This document shows positions 1 to 12,567 of a stretch of 40,494 nucleotides of DNA, one piece after another; position 1 is the stretch's first letter, and each line of letters starts with the position of its first letter. The translations under genes were made by a program, and so were the position numbers. The stretch covers positions 23,163,879 to 23,204,372 of the forward strand of contig NC_057720.1 in assembly GCF_004010195.1 (NCBI RefSeq), read 5' to 3'. This DNA comes from Chiloscyllium plagiosum (Eukaryota). The notes under the pieces were generated by a model. It saw nothing but the letters and a program-made list of their open reading frames with translations, had not been told where the DNA came from and made no database searches.

Positions 1-117
1 AAGGAGCGTCGCTCCAAAAGCTAGTGTGCTTCCAATTAAACCTGTTGGACTATAACCTGGTGTTGTGTGATTTTTAACTTTGTACACCCCAATCCAACAC
101 CGGCATCTCCGAATCAT
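1..117 (+). mobile_element. Penelope-like element (PLE) terminal repeat fragment with the 3' part of a hammerhead motif, cut by the window start
   Basis: AAGGAGCGTCGCTCCAAAAGCTAGTG...AAACCTGTTGGACTATAACCTGG is near-identical to the reverse complement of 12568-12680, which has the full CTGATGA core. Confidence 0.75.
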
Positions 118-815
118 GAAAAAAATACAGTATCTTCAAAAATTTGAGAAGTGTAGTGATTGGAACCAGCTAGACCTTGCTGACTACTACATCCTGGATT
201 GGGCCAATCAGGAAAGCCCTGGCTGACCAACATAACTAAGGATGTTGCCAGGGTTGGAAGATTTGAGCTATAAGGAGATGCTGAATAGACTGGGGTTGTT
301 TTCCCTGGATCATCAGTGGCTGAGGTTATACAGAGATTTATAAAGTCATGAGGGAGATGGATAGAGTAAATAGACAAGGTCTTTTCACCAGGATGGAAGA
401 GTCCAAAACTAGAGGGAAAAGATTTAAAAAGAACCAAAGGGGCAACTTTTCATGCAGAGTGGGGTGCATGTATGGAAAGAGTTGCCAGGGGAAGTGGTGG
501 AGGCTAGTACAATTACAACATTTAAAAGACATCTGAATGGGTATATAAATTGGAAGGGTTTGGAGGAATATGGGCCAAATGCTGGCAAATGGGACTAGAT
601 TTATTTAGGATATCCAGTCAGCAAGGATGAGTTAGACTGAAGGGTCTGTTTCCATGCTGCACTTCTCTATGATACTATGACTGTAACCAGGAGATTTAGA
701 ATGTCCTCAGTTCAGGGGATTGACTGTGAGCTGGCTGTCCACAGCCAGTGTCCTGTCTACAAATAAATTACGAGTGACTCAGTGATGGGATACTGCCCTC
801 TGCATAGTTATATCA
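118..815 (+). mobile_element. Probable degraded solo LTR split by a CR1/HER1 insertion
   Basis: CCAAT box (about 203), AATAAA (762) and a ...GTTATATCA end at 815; the halves flank the LINE with a shared TAAC. Left end not seen. Confidence 0.4.
236..681 (+). mobile_element. 5'-truncated CR1-clade LINE (HER1-like), end of ORF2 plus 3' UTR
   Basis: Homologous to 26370-26835 (RMLPGLEDLSY..., MREMDRVNRQGLF); ends GGGTCTGTTTCCATGCTG...CTCTATGA tail. Confidence 0.9.
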
Positions 816-889
816 AGAAGAAAGAAGAGAAATGTCCATTTGGAGAACTGAATTTTTTTTAGCATATTCAGCAGCAAATGGATAGTATT

Positions 890-1304
890 CAATCACATTT
901 TCGACTTGTGCTTTGTAGATGGTGGACAAGCTTTGCGGAGTCAGGAAATAAGTTAATTACTGCCGCATTGCTAGCCTCTGGCCTGTTGTTGTAGACACTG
1001 TATTTATAATGGTGAGTCCAGTTGAGGTTCGGGTCAATGGTAGTCCCCAGGATGCTTATAGTGAGGGACTCAGAGATTATAACACTATTAAATGTCAAGT
1101 GGCATGGGTTAAATTGTCTTTTATTGGAGATAGTCATTGCCTAGCATTTGTATGGCGCAACTGTTACTTGCCACTTGTCAAAATCTTGTTCATTTGAACA
1201 TGAACTGTTTCAGTATCTGAGGAATCGCGAATGGTGCTGAATGTTGTGCAATCATTGGCGAACATCCCCACTTCTGACCTTATGATGAAGGGAGGGTCAT
1301 TATT
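890..1304 (-). mobile_element. Old CR1/L2-group LINE reverse-transcriptase fragment (family distinct from HER1)
   Basis: Translates IIRSEVGMFANDCTTFSTIRDSSDTE (degenerate FADD) and ILGTTIDPNLNW; same family at 25082-27000 and 32150-32350. Confidence 0.8.
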
Positions 1305-1735
1305 AATAGGAGCATAGAGTACAAGAACATGTAGATGATATTGAACTTGTACAAGACACTTGCTAGATCTCAGCTGCATTATTGTATCTAGTTGTGGGCA
1401 TCACATTATAGAAATGAGGGAATGGGGAGAAGTGGGGGGAATGCAGAAGCAATTTACTAAAATGGTTCCAGATATGAAAAACTTCACCTTTGAGGATAGA
1501 TTGAAAAAATTGAACTGTTCTCCATGGAGACTAGAGGACTGAATAGAGATCTGATTGAGGTTTTCAAATTCAGGAGTGGGCGGGATGGAATGAATAGGAT
1601 GGTATGTTGTTTCTGCTCAAACAGCAACCAGGAAGCACAGGTCCCAACAAACCAAGAGGTGGTATGAGAAAAAACATTTTCACACAGTAAATAGTTAGGG
1701 CATGGAATACATTGCCAGGAAATGTGGTGCAGGAT
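1305..1735 (+). mobile_element. Degenerate CR1 LINE ORF2 C-terminal fragment
   Basis: IEYK..LYKTL..., MQKQFTKMVPDMKNFTFEDRLKKL parallels VQERFTRMLPWLEDLSYRERLNRL in ORF 25818-26705. Confidence 0.75.
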
Positions 1736-1739
1736 TAGA

Positions 1740-4440
1740 TGAGAAATCCAACAAGGTTTAACTCGATGTTGGGAGCATCTTATGCCAATTTTTATGCTTT
1801 TGCAAGCAATGTGGCAAGTTTCTTACAAGTCAACAACGACTTGCCACTTAAGGGGATTATTCTTCATTGTTAACCTTAGTAAGTGCACAACTCGCGCCAT
1901 TAATATTCAGCTGCCTGTCTTACCATAACTTATCAAACCAGCTATATGTCACGAAAATTAGATCTGGAAAGTAGAGCGGATATCTGGTGGATTCAGCTCA
2001 CTGCTTGCTTCAAATTACATCCATGTTGCTGACGATCAAATTGCAGGCTAAAGTATGTTCTACAGGCAGCAGCTGCATGTACCCATCATCCATTGGTTTC
2101 CAGCATCTGTCAACTAATCATGACCATTGTGGCATCTCTAATGCATTTGCTAGCTGTTGAAGAAGCACAGACTTGACTTGCACCAATAACTAGCATTAAA
2201 AGGTTGCAATGGAGACACATTGTGCCCAAGGAGGTACTTGCCTCAAGGACTGGACTAAGTTGCATCTCAGGGCTGCTTGCTTCCTCTCTTCACATTTGCA
2301 CACTTAACCTCGACTTGCGTGCTCGCAGTATGCACAGTCTTCTCATAACATGTTTGTTATTGCATTGGTGCTTCACCCTGGGTCAACATCTACCTGTGCT
2401 GCCTTTAAAGCAGACACACAGACAGCTTGCTTCTTTTGCTTGTCAGTGGGGATCTGTCTGGGGATTGGAAGTGCATCATGTTTGGGAGGGATGAGGAGAC
2501 GAGATTGGGTGGGGATGGGTGCGGGTGATATCTTGCTGTATGATACATGATGATGTCAATCCAATGCCCACAGTATATGTCAGCTGCCTGCCCAGAAACA
2601 CATTTAACTGAAAGGCCATGTCGGAAATTGGTGGGGTCTGGTCCTCAGTTCACATGAGGAGGGGTTTGGGCTATTTAGGGGACTACCAATACCATCCACA
2701 CACACTCCAAAGATTGCCATTTGTTTGAGATAGTCATGGCCAGGGGATCTAGCCCAGTATAGTCTGAGGTATTCAGTGGTGAATGTTCCAAGTTGATTAG
2801 CTAACTGGGATAGACACAGTCCTGGAGGCCTGAGCATCAGAGTTGTATCACAATGCTGGAAGTCATCAACAGGAAGGTGTTCCATTGGATTAATGTTTAG
2901 ATCATCTGCCATCACCATACCACTTTGGGGTGGTGTGTGTTTGTTACCTTGGCAGCTGCCAGGGACTGACACATCCTGGAGCATTTTGTTTATTCCTTGC
3001 CATCCTTGTCAATCTTCTCAGGTTTGAGACTCCTTTTTATTTACTCTTTATCTCTCCACTTGACCCCTGAACTTCAGAGTCCTGCAGCTTAATTAAGCCA
3101 AATGTCATGATGTTCTTTCCAGCTGGTGATGATGACCATCAGAGATCCCCCTCCACATTGACTGCCCCCACCCCCACCCTCACAATTACTGTTCCCTCTG
3201 CATCCCAACATACTGCCTTGATCAATAATTGACTTCCCAACTTTAGTGGCTCCCGATAACCCCTAAGCTTTCAATGAACAGAGCCTAGTACTGACCGTGT
3301 TTAACCACACTGATTGATTTGGAATGACTGGTCGCTGGCCAGATCCCTGACTGATATCCATGTAAGTCTCCAAATTACTTACCCCTAAGACCTGGACTGG
3401 TTGCTTCAGACATGAAGAGCTGTCGTGGTCACTTCCCAGACTTGAATGATCTGGAACTCCAGATCCTGAAACCCCCAGGCAATCAACTGACCATTATCTG
3501 AACAGATAATGGACAATGCACTTAACTTGCTGTGTAAGTGCTCTGTCACCTTCAGAGATCCCCCTTGACTTGCCTGAGGAAAAGTCCCTTGGTTTTTTAG
3601 CACTGGTCACTTGGTTGAGGTACATGTAATGTACTTGCAGCGTACATTAGTGACATGTGTTGCAATTGTGATATTGACACAGCACACTGTCATACACCAA
3701 CATGTCTGACCTCTTGACTGATCATCGATGGCAAACCAAGTAGGCTGCTTGGCTTTGTATCTGTACTAAACTGTCAGGCAAGAGAAAGATATTTTGAGTC
3801 TGTGAACTCTGGATTAAGTGGAAATGTGTGAAAAGGCAAGAGAGATGCAGTCGGTACAAGTAGGCTCAATATGAGTGAGCACTAAGAAAGCATGTTAAGA
3901 GACCTGAAATGCTCATTGGTCTAATGTGACCCTGCTCCAAAGTGTAGTACTGAAAGTGGTGAACCACATTACAGGTGAGTCAGTGAAGTGATATGATGAT
4001 GTGGTGAGGCTGGTGCATGACTGATGCCAACCATTATGGATGGAGGGTGCAACCTATTGCTGCCTATCTTGCATGCCCTGAGATGTCAGAATGCTGGCCA
4101 AGATAGATGCCCAGAGAAGAAGCTAATGAGTTGCAGCCAACGGGTAACCACTCTGACTTTCACAACAGCATTTGGTACCATCTAGGTTCTCTCTACTGCC
4201 TCGGAAAATAGCAACCTGCATTTAAATTATGTGAGATTTGCTAATAATTAAATGATATTGCATGCAAGCAGGTTCCTTGCTGCTCACTGGGGAGATTCTT
4301 ATTTAACTATTGAAAATTTATATGGAAAATTGAAATTTTTTCTCAATATCGGGAGTCTAACTTTTTGATTCATGCTGTCCTATTGCATCTGTCTCACCAC
4401 TGCCCACTTCCTTCAGCATTTGGCTAACTTCTGTCCAAAG
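1740..4440 (-). mobile_element. Possible highly degraded PIF/Harbinger DNA transposon relic
   Basis: GC-richer block. Minus-strand remnants occur in HARBI1-like order: AVVKV..LISFFSG..DISG (about 4170-4075), GTFPQ.SQG...TEH (about 3590-3540), LSVQI and GSDHD (about 3510-3420). No intact ORF or confirmed TIRs. Confidence 0.35.
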
Positions 4441-6503
4441 TTGCCTTCAAACCATTGAATTGAAGATAAAGTATGATGAGCTCCATTCTAGATGAAGGAA
4501 TCAATGCTAAAATGCTGGTGTCATTATGTGAATTTTGAAGTGTTGTAAGATTTGATAGGCTAAAATCTGTCAAGCAATTGGCACAGAAGTATTTGTACAA
4601 TCATATATAAATCTCGTCTAAGGTGATTTCTTTGCAGATTTGCAAACAGCTCCTCCAGAAATAGGTATATTGGTAGCACAGTTATTACTTTATTTCTGCT
4701 GATGTGAAGCCACACTTTTTATTGTTCAGTCACTCATACAGCTGTATTACATTTTATTACAGAAGCACTGAAATCAGGTTGCACTATGTATGATCCGCAA
4801 TAGTTCTCTGGGGACCTGCAGCACTCCGTGTTGGGATCATTAGCAAGGCTAATGGGACTCAATGGCAAAAGGTGTCAGAATTCTGTGTCAAGAGCAAGAA
4901 AATATTGAAGATGAAAAATGTAAATTCAAAAGAATTATTTTTGAAATTCAATTTGAAATCCAACCACAATGTTAATTAAATTTTTGATTTCTTCTGATTT
5001 ATACAATATCTCTTTTCAGTATTTATGGTTTGAAATATCCTCAGAATATACAACTCATTGTCAAAGCACTGTCAATTTACAACCTAACTCTTCAGCAACA
5101 GGCATGAAGTGTTAAGTAATAGGCCAACTGAACTGGAGCAATAAACTATTTAGATACCTTCTGGCTTAACGTTCTCTTGCATACACAATTGAGGAAACAA
5201 AATGTTTCCAAGTGTTTAAGTTCCCTAGGTATGGGAATGCTGAATCCAAGGCATTAATTTATTGCCCCAAACATATGGGATTTCAATATATGACAGTCCA
5301 GTATGTTGCCATCGGTGTGCAATATTCATGTCAACAAATTGCAAGGTCCGCTGCAATTGGTAATTTCACCATCCCTGTCACAGAGTTATTGGATGATTTA
5401 ACGAAGGGATGACCAATTTGGCTCCAGTTTTATTAAATGAATCCTCACTCTATACTTAGCCCCTCTAGCATCAGTAATATATGTCATGATTTTGACACAC
5501 TTTCAATTGCGAACAGACACTAGACTGGACTGTCTGTTATCACCATTATTATTTATCTTAGTACAAGAGCCTCTAGCAATTGCGGTAATGACAGATCAGG
5601 CTAGACAAGGCCTTCAGTTTGCACACTAGCAATATACGATTGTCTGCATGCTGACAGAATTCAAGTGATATTTTACCTCGTACAGCTTGTATATATAAAG
5701 ATTGAATTTGATTGATGGTTATTTGGAAACCATAGATTTCTTTTATGTATATCAATCACTTGGAGTTTGGGACATAATTGCTTTAACTGAGCTCTGAACT
5801 CAGAATAACATACAGAAAATGTAACAGGCAATAGTTGCAAATAAACAGGCTTGTAAATGGCCAGGGTCAAAGTGGCGTTGCTGGTTTTAATGGTTTTAAA
5901 CATACATGTTATCCTTCAATTATCCAGGTACAGGTGGATTATACATTGAATACTGATAATGGTCCTCTCTTTGTTTCTCTCTTTGTTTCAACTTATTCTG
6001 TTCTTTTGTTTTATTTCTGCTTGATTTTCTGTCACATTCTCTTTGTTTCTATGCATCCTTCAGCCAAATCTCAAACTTAAAAATCTGAACCTCTGATATT
6101 TTTGTGATATTGTGAACAACATCCTTGCCAAATTAAGACTGAGTGATTGTGAAAAGCATTGGCAAATCTGGATTTCATGTTAGAATTAGAAATTTCCCAA
6201 AATGTATGCATGAAGCATTAGGTTAGTGCTAGATAGTACTGGAGAATGAGAATAATTAATAACCTCAATGGATACAGAACATTTTGTCTGCATTAGCATC
6301 TGTATAATATCAAACATTATCCAAAACATTTCATTCAAGGCCTTCATAGTTGATAGAGAGGTGAAAGCTAAGATGTAATTGGAATTACAGTAGCATTCTA
6401 ATCCAAGATTTGTTTCTGAAGTGACCTGTTAATGCTACATGCATTCCCAATTCTCATGCAAAATAACAGCTCCATTTGCAGAATATGGCTAAAGCAGCTA
6501 CTT

Positions 6504-6597
6504 GCTGAAAATGTGTTGCTGGAAAAGCGCAGCAGGTCAGGCAGCATCCAAGGAGCAGGAGGATCGACGTTTCGGGCATGAGCCCTTCTTTAGGAAG
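6504..6597 (-). mobile_element. 94-bp PLE-derived insert with hammerhead-like motif and 10-bp TSD
   Basis: GCAGCTACTT at 6494-6503 and 6598-6607; minus strand reads CTAAAGA-A-GGGC-TCAT-GCCC-GAAACGTC. Confidence 0.85.
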
Positions 6598-9417
6598 GCA
6601 GCTACTTTCCAAGTCATATTACTCTTCCAACAGATTAATGTACATAAATTAATTTACAGCAAAATAATAAAAAAAACTATGAACAATAAATATCATTTCC
6701 AGCAGTAAAAATAACATTCAGAGCAGTTTATTATTTTATACACCTGAAAGTAAAATGTTAAAGCTGTAATGGGTAAAATATTAAGACAGTAACACATTTA
6801 AAAATGCTATTATATGTGAAATGTTTTTAATGTACAATGTCCCTCCTAAAGGGGTAATGATAAGAATATCACTGCTTAAGAAATATTTGTCATGATATTG
6901 TTCTTTTCCATCTCTCTGGAGATTTTCCAGTTCAATTCTTCCCTCTCAACAGGAAGCCGGTTTGCTACGTGACTGTTAGGAAATGGCAGTATTGGAAATC
7001 CTACAGATTTGTTTCCTTTTGACCCTGGATGCTAATTAAAAAGCATCCAGAATGTGATAATGTAATACTGAGGATGCATGACAAAATCGGTGAATTTGAG
7101 GGAGAAAGGATAGTACTGCAAAGAGGAATGCTACAGTCTGGATCAATTGGTCTTCTCAGTCCCGATTACTATTTCTAACATGCAAACATTATTTAGTTTG
7201 TAATTGAATTTCAGCGATTGGAATTATGATTTCAATCATAAATTACACTTGTAATGAAATGCATTAAAATGTGTATGGTTATAATCAACTTTATTTATTG
7301 TTTTTGTTCTAATATACAATAGTCCAAAAATCTGCAGTATCTTCAGAAATTTGAATTGTTTCACATACTGTGTATGTAAATAATTCTAAGTATGTTGTAA
7401 GTGCCTAAGGAATTTAAACTGAAGTGGCTAAATTGTTTGATTTTTGTCCTAGGAACTTTCCGTGATACATCAGGTTAAAAAAATGACTTTTGTATGGATA
7501 GTGACCTCAAAAAGCATTGAAGCATAATCTCTATAGAGTTCTAAATTGGCAAATACTATAGTTTTAAAGTGCATTCAAATATATATGCCATTCTTTCTAT
7601 GATCTCTCCAATTTTTTGCAAGTTATATTGATTTCAGTTTATTAAGTTGGTTGGCTGTGTAGAAAGCCATTTTGTTTTTCTTTACATTCCGTGCCGGGAA
7701 GAAATTTTGAAACTACGGAATATGTTGTCGAATTGCACAACAATATCCATGTCGTCAGTTGATTGGTGATGTATCAGTAGAAGAAGATAATTCTGAAGAC
7801 AATAAATTTATCCATCATACATTCAATTTTAACTTATTGAGTGTTAATATTATTTATTTTATGTGTATTTTTTTTCTTGTGGCAACAAGAGCAATCTATG
7901 TCTCTTCTAAATTTTTAATAACCTCTTGAATTCTAGATTGGTTGACAAACTAATAAATGGTTGTTTTCTGATACAATTTTTGTATTAAAGTTATTAGCCA
8001 TAAGGAATGGCAAGTGAATGGTTGTAATCAAAGAAAGTAGGCATTTAAATATAGATGGATTGAATTAATTAACAATAAACCCAGTTGAAGAAAATAGTTT
8101 CAGTAATCTACGTCTAAAGGATAATATTGATTGTAAGTGTATTCATCAATAAGTTGCTCTGGCACAGCTATCATCAGCTTTTTCAAAAGTATGGCAGGTG
8201 TGTTTGACAAATTTTGTAATTCAATCTTTGTCCTGCTTTTTTTTAAAGATTACAAAGAAATAAAATATGCCTTTAATGATTTTTAACATAATGTTAAAGT
8301 ATTTTAGAATATTCTGTTAATAAGCATATAGCTGTAACACACAAATAAAAATGTTCAAAATATAATTGTTATTACTGTTTGCACCTAATTGTTGTAAATT
8401 AATTTTACTGACCACTTTACACAATGGTCCACAAACAACTTTCATGCAAATAGTTTTATGGGCGTTACTTGCTAAGATTCCTATTGAGTGCAGCTGACAA
8501 TTTCAAAGCTTGAAAACAGTACTATAAAAAGACATATAGCCACCTGCTCTATACTGTGAATCACAATGGTATATTTGGTTCTGGTTCAGTATTGAAAATA
8601 AATTTCTGTGATGTGGCTGAGACATGGGATGCACCTGACAGATCAGCTGTCAGCTTCTGTACTTTTGCACTGTAATGCCAGCTTTGAGACAACTGAGTGA
8701 ATATTCATGATGCAAAATGGCAGATTGCAATACACATGTGGCCAAAATAACCTCTGCACATGTACAGACACAGACCATGACATCAGTGAACCAATGGTAA
8801 GCCGCAAAAGTGCTTGCACAGGTACTGCTGGTTGCACAGTTTACTGTGCAACCAAAGCCACAGCAACTGCACAACACACTGACATTCTGAAGATATTGTT
8901 TCTCTTTCCCAGGGGTACTCAGCTGCTGCCCGCTCACAGTATTTACACTGTCCTTTCCAGGCTACTGCATACCTGGAACTTGGAGAAGGAAGTGACATGG
9001 CGCAGCAGCAGCCTCAGTCCTCAGACAAGGCTTCCTTCCTCAAGGAAGGGCAGCACTGCGGCTAGTCAGAGCTGAATGGTACAATGCCCATTTGTTGGGC
9101 TGCGGCTCACAGATGCTGCTTACCTGAGACCTTGACTTTTGAAAGCGAACAAGAAGGATATGACAATTGACTGTGGTGGCATCGCATGTCAACTCAATTC
9201 AGATCTTTTCTGACATGTGTACACATCTGGTAGGGGTGGCTCCTCTTCCTCAGCCCCAGCTTCTCTGAGTCTTGGATCACTTCTGGCTGAAAGTTGGGCA
9301 GTGCCAACTTTAAGACTGACCTTCCCTCCTCTGTTGTTTCATTATTATGTAGTGGGCTCGTCACACATGCATACTCTTTGTGTCTCAAAGATGTGGCATT
9401 TACAACAGCCTTGAAAC

Positions 9418-10290
9418 AATCATCAGCTGTCCCTCGATTCATGGATGGCATTGACTCAAGTTCAAAAGTTTCTTTTGTGTCTTCATGTGATTAAACAATG
9501 TCTTTGACCTGAAGATCCTGAAGATCATCGGGTGGATGGGGTAGGATATCTCACAGGGCAATGGGATCTGGTATACAGGATTTGCTTTCTCTCCTTGCCT
9601 TCTCTGTCATTGCTCTCCCTCATCATTAAATGATTTGGACTCAAAGTGCAATACTGTTTGATTGGAAAATCCCAGTCATTAATGCCAATGCTGCCACTTT
9701 TCAAGGAGAAATTCAGATTATTCAGTAACACTTTCTTACCCTGGAAGAACCACTGAGAGTTAAGGAAACAGGACCTGACAGGGTCCAGGCCTTTCAGCCA
9801 ATGGGACATGGTATCCAGTATGTCATAGTGGGGTTTGCAGGAATTTTACCTAAATGCTTGCGCAGCTGACTTCAAGAAGAACACTAGCATTTGTCCAACC
9901 ATCCTCCTATCGCACCTGAAGAATGCAGTGGGTGCATTGCTGACAGAATTTCACTCGGGCTCTGATTCACAGTCCAGGCCCCACACAAATGCAGGCTTGC
10001 AGTGACAAAAATTACAATGTGTGCTGAGACCTTTGTTGATTTACAAAAGTTGTTGCTTTCAAAAACCAATTGTCATAGTTTGTGTAAGATGGAGGTAGTG
10101 TAAAAGAGCTTGTGTTTAGATAGCTCTGTCAATGGCAGCCTTCTAAGAGAATTAACTGTTAAGGTATGGAAAATGGTCAACACATTCCAGATGCTCTCCT
10201 TCAACATAAATGGATGGTAGAATATTTGAATGATCTGATCTGGTTTGATAAGTAAGTTTTAGTTTGAGAAAATTTGGTCACATTCATGGT
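9418..10290 (-). mobile_element. Old RTE (BovB-like) LINE 3' part
   Basis: Minus strand: EGEHLECVDHFPYL, VFESNNFCKSTKV...AWT, WTNASVLLE, C-terminal LFNHMKT, and a short 3' end similar to 12150-12183. Confidence 0.7.
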
Positions 10291-10419
10291 AAAATTAGGT
10301 CTCTTTTATTAGGAATGTAATAGGAAGTATGGAGCACATTCCATTGCATACCACTGGAGTTACCATATTTGGCAGTGATTTGACTAAAATAGATGCATAG
10401 GTGGGAGCATACCCACATA

Positions 10420-12183
10420 AATTAAGGTTGTTCATAGACAGAAAAATCATCAGCCTCTGACGGAGAGAACACTTTAAAGAAATCCTACATCTTGATACAA
10501 ACATCAACGAAGATGTTATTGAGGAAGTCCCCCAACTCCCCATTAAAGATGATCTTGGACTTCCACCTGATGTTGTAGAAGTTGAAGACTCGATTAGACG
10601 CACGAAGAATGGAAATGTTGCAGAGGGAGATGGGAGTCAAGAGGAGATTTTGAAACTTTAAAGAGCAGAACTTACCCATCTCCATCAACTGTTCCTGAAA
10701 ATACAGGACAAAGAAGAAATCCATTCTAATCTCAGGGACATTGCCATCACCACCATTTTCAAGAAAGGAGACAAAATGGGCAATGGGAACTACTGAGGAA
10801 ATTGCTTACTATCACTGGGAAGATCATTGCCTGAATCTCACTAGGTGCCTTCTTCCAGTCTCTGAGGAAATCCTTCTTGAAAGCCAGTGGCTTCTAACCA
10901 AACTGTGGAACTAAGGCAATGATTTTCACTGCTTGGTAACTCCAAAGACATTCCAGGAACAACACAAACTGCTCTACAGGGCTTTTATCAACCTGACCAA
11001 GGCTTTTGACTCAGTTAATTGGGAAGAGTTATAGAAGATCATGTCAAAGGCTGGCTGTCCAGTGAAATTCATCAATATCATGTGTCTCCTCCACAACAAG
11101 GTGCAGGCTTGTGACAGTACTATGGCAGAATCCTTTGAAGTCAACACAGGGTTCAAGTAGGAATATGTCCTAACCCCTACTCTATTCTCCATCTTCATCA
11201 TCACTATTCTTCATCTTGTCAAGAACAAGCTTCCCAGTGTCTATGTTGTCTACAGGATGGGCAGAAAACATTTTAACCTCAAACAATTGAAATCCAAGAA
11301 GAAATGACACTGACCTCATTTGTGGAACTTCAGTATGGGGATGATAATGCCCTCTTCTCCCTCCCAAGTGTAGAACATTTCCCCTACCTGGGAAACTACC
11401 GGTCATCTAAGGCTGACATTAAAGTAGAGATTTAACATCACATCCAATCTGTGAGTGTCATTTTTGGACACCTCAGGATGAGAGTCTTCAATGACTGTGG
11501 CAACCATTTTGAAATCAAAATTCTTGTGTATAAAGTAGTCATCCTTCCAACTCTTCCATATGGCTCTTAAATTTGGACTATGTATAGACACCACCTCAAA
11601 ACTCTTGAAGTACCATCAACACTATTGGAGATGGATTCTCCTACTAGCTGCGTGGACAAATGTACTAATATCAGCATCCTTGGAGCAGCTAACAGCACAA
11701 CCATCAATGAGGCCATGATCATCTAAAATCAACAGTGTTGGGCTGGTCACGTGCTTAGGATGCCAGAGTTCTAATTCGCAAAGCGGGTCTTTGCACAACT
11801 GAAGGAAGGCACTTGAATGGAGGAGGAAAAAGCAAACATTTCAAAGATTCCCTCAAGAAATGCAACATGGATGTCAATGCATTGGAGACCCTTGTTCACA
11901 GAAAACTGACTCGGGGAAATCTCCTTTATGAAGGGACAGAATTCTTTGAGAACACCCAGCAGCAAGAGGAAATATAGAAAGGGAACCACAGAAAGGAATG
12001 CCAATGCTCGCAAGGCCAACAACCATTTCCACCTCCAAGAAATACCTGCCAAATGTGTAGACAGTGATGTGACTCTAGCGGCAGGCTTATCAGCCACACA
12101 TGTACCTACAGAACCCATTGCCAGTGACACTGAATTTCCAAGATGACAATCGTACTCATTATCGAGTGATTGCTGACGATGAC
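10420..12183 (+). mobile_element. Degenerate RTE (BovB-like) LINE, RT domain to 3' end, many stops and frameshifts
   Basis: REHFKEIL, ITTIFKKGD..GNY, AFINLTKAFDSVN, PTLFSIFI, ELQYGDD, VEHFPYLG, WAGHVLRM; short 3' end ...GACGATGA. Deletion between the YxDD motif (about 11340) and VEHFPYLG (11370). Confidence 0.85.
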
Positions 12184-12567
12184 CCAAATCAGCTTAAGTT
12201 GTTTACACTTATTGAAAACTTGGCAGGCCAATCGTTAGCAAACACATTTGTGGAAAGGATAAAGGGGTCAGTTTTGTGATTCTTGATCTTCCTTATTCAA
12301 ACAGTCTGAGACAGTAATTGAGACAGAATGAGGGCTAGGTATAAATGGATACAATGTGTAACAGAGGCAGCCAAATTCAATTAACTTAAGGATAAAAAAA
12401 AGTTGTGTCTAGAATTGTATTAGAGTAGCATCTTATATTGTCATTGTATTGATCATATAAGAAAAGTAAGAAAATAAAATATCTGACTCAAAAAGTACTG
12501 TGTGCAAAATAAACTATTCATGCAATCTTTCTAAAATACTTTTTACTCCACACTGCATTAAAAAAGA

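Noticed and set aside
5212..5412. 66-aa ORF in unique DNA
   Set aside because: No recognisable motif, non-ATG start and no convincing splice sites; expected by chance
5966..6050. Short duplication CTCTCTTTGTTT
   Set aside because: Low-complexity pyrimidine slippage
128..7356. Similar 20-mers CAGTATCTTCA(A/G)AAATTTGA at about 128 and about 7336
   Set aside because: Only two AT-rich copies 7 kb apart with no flanking similarity
9194..9451. 85-aa minus ORF resembling a hAT transposase C-terminus
   Set aside because: Its start overlaps the RTE 3' end and no hAT dimerisation motif is convincing
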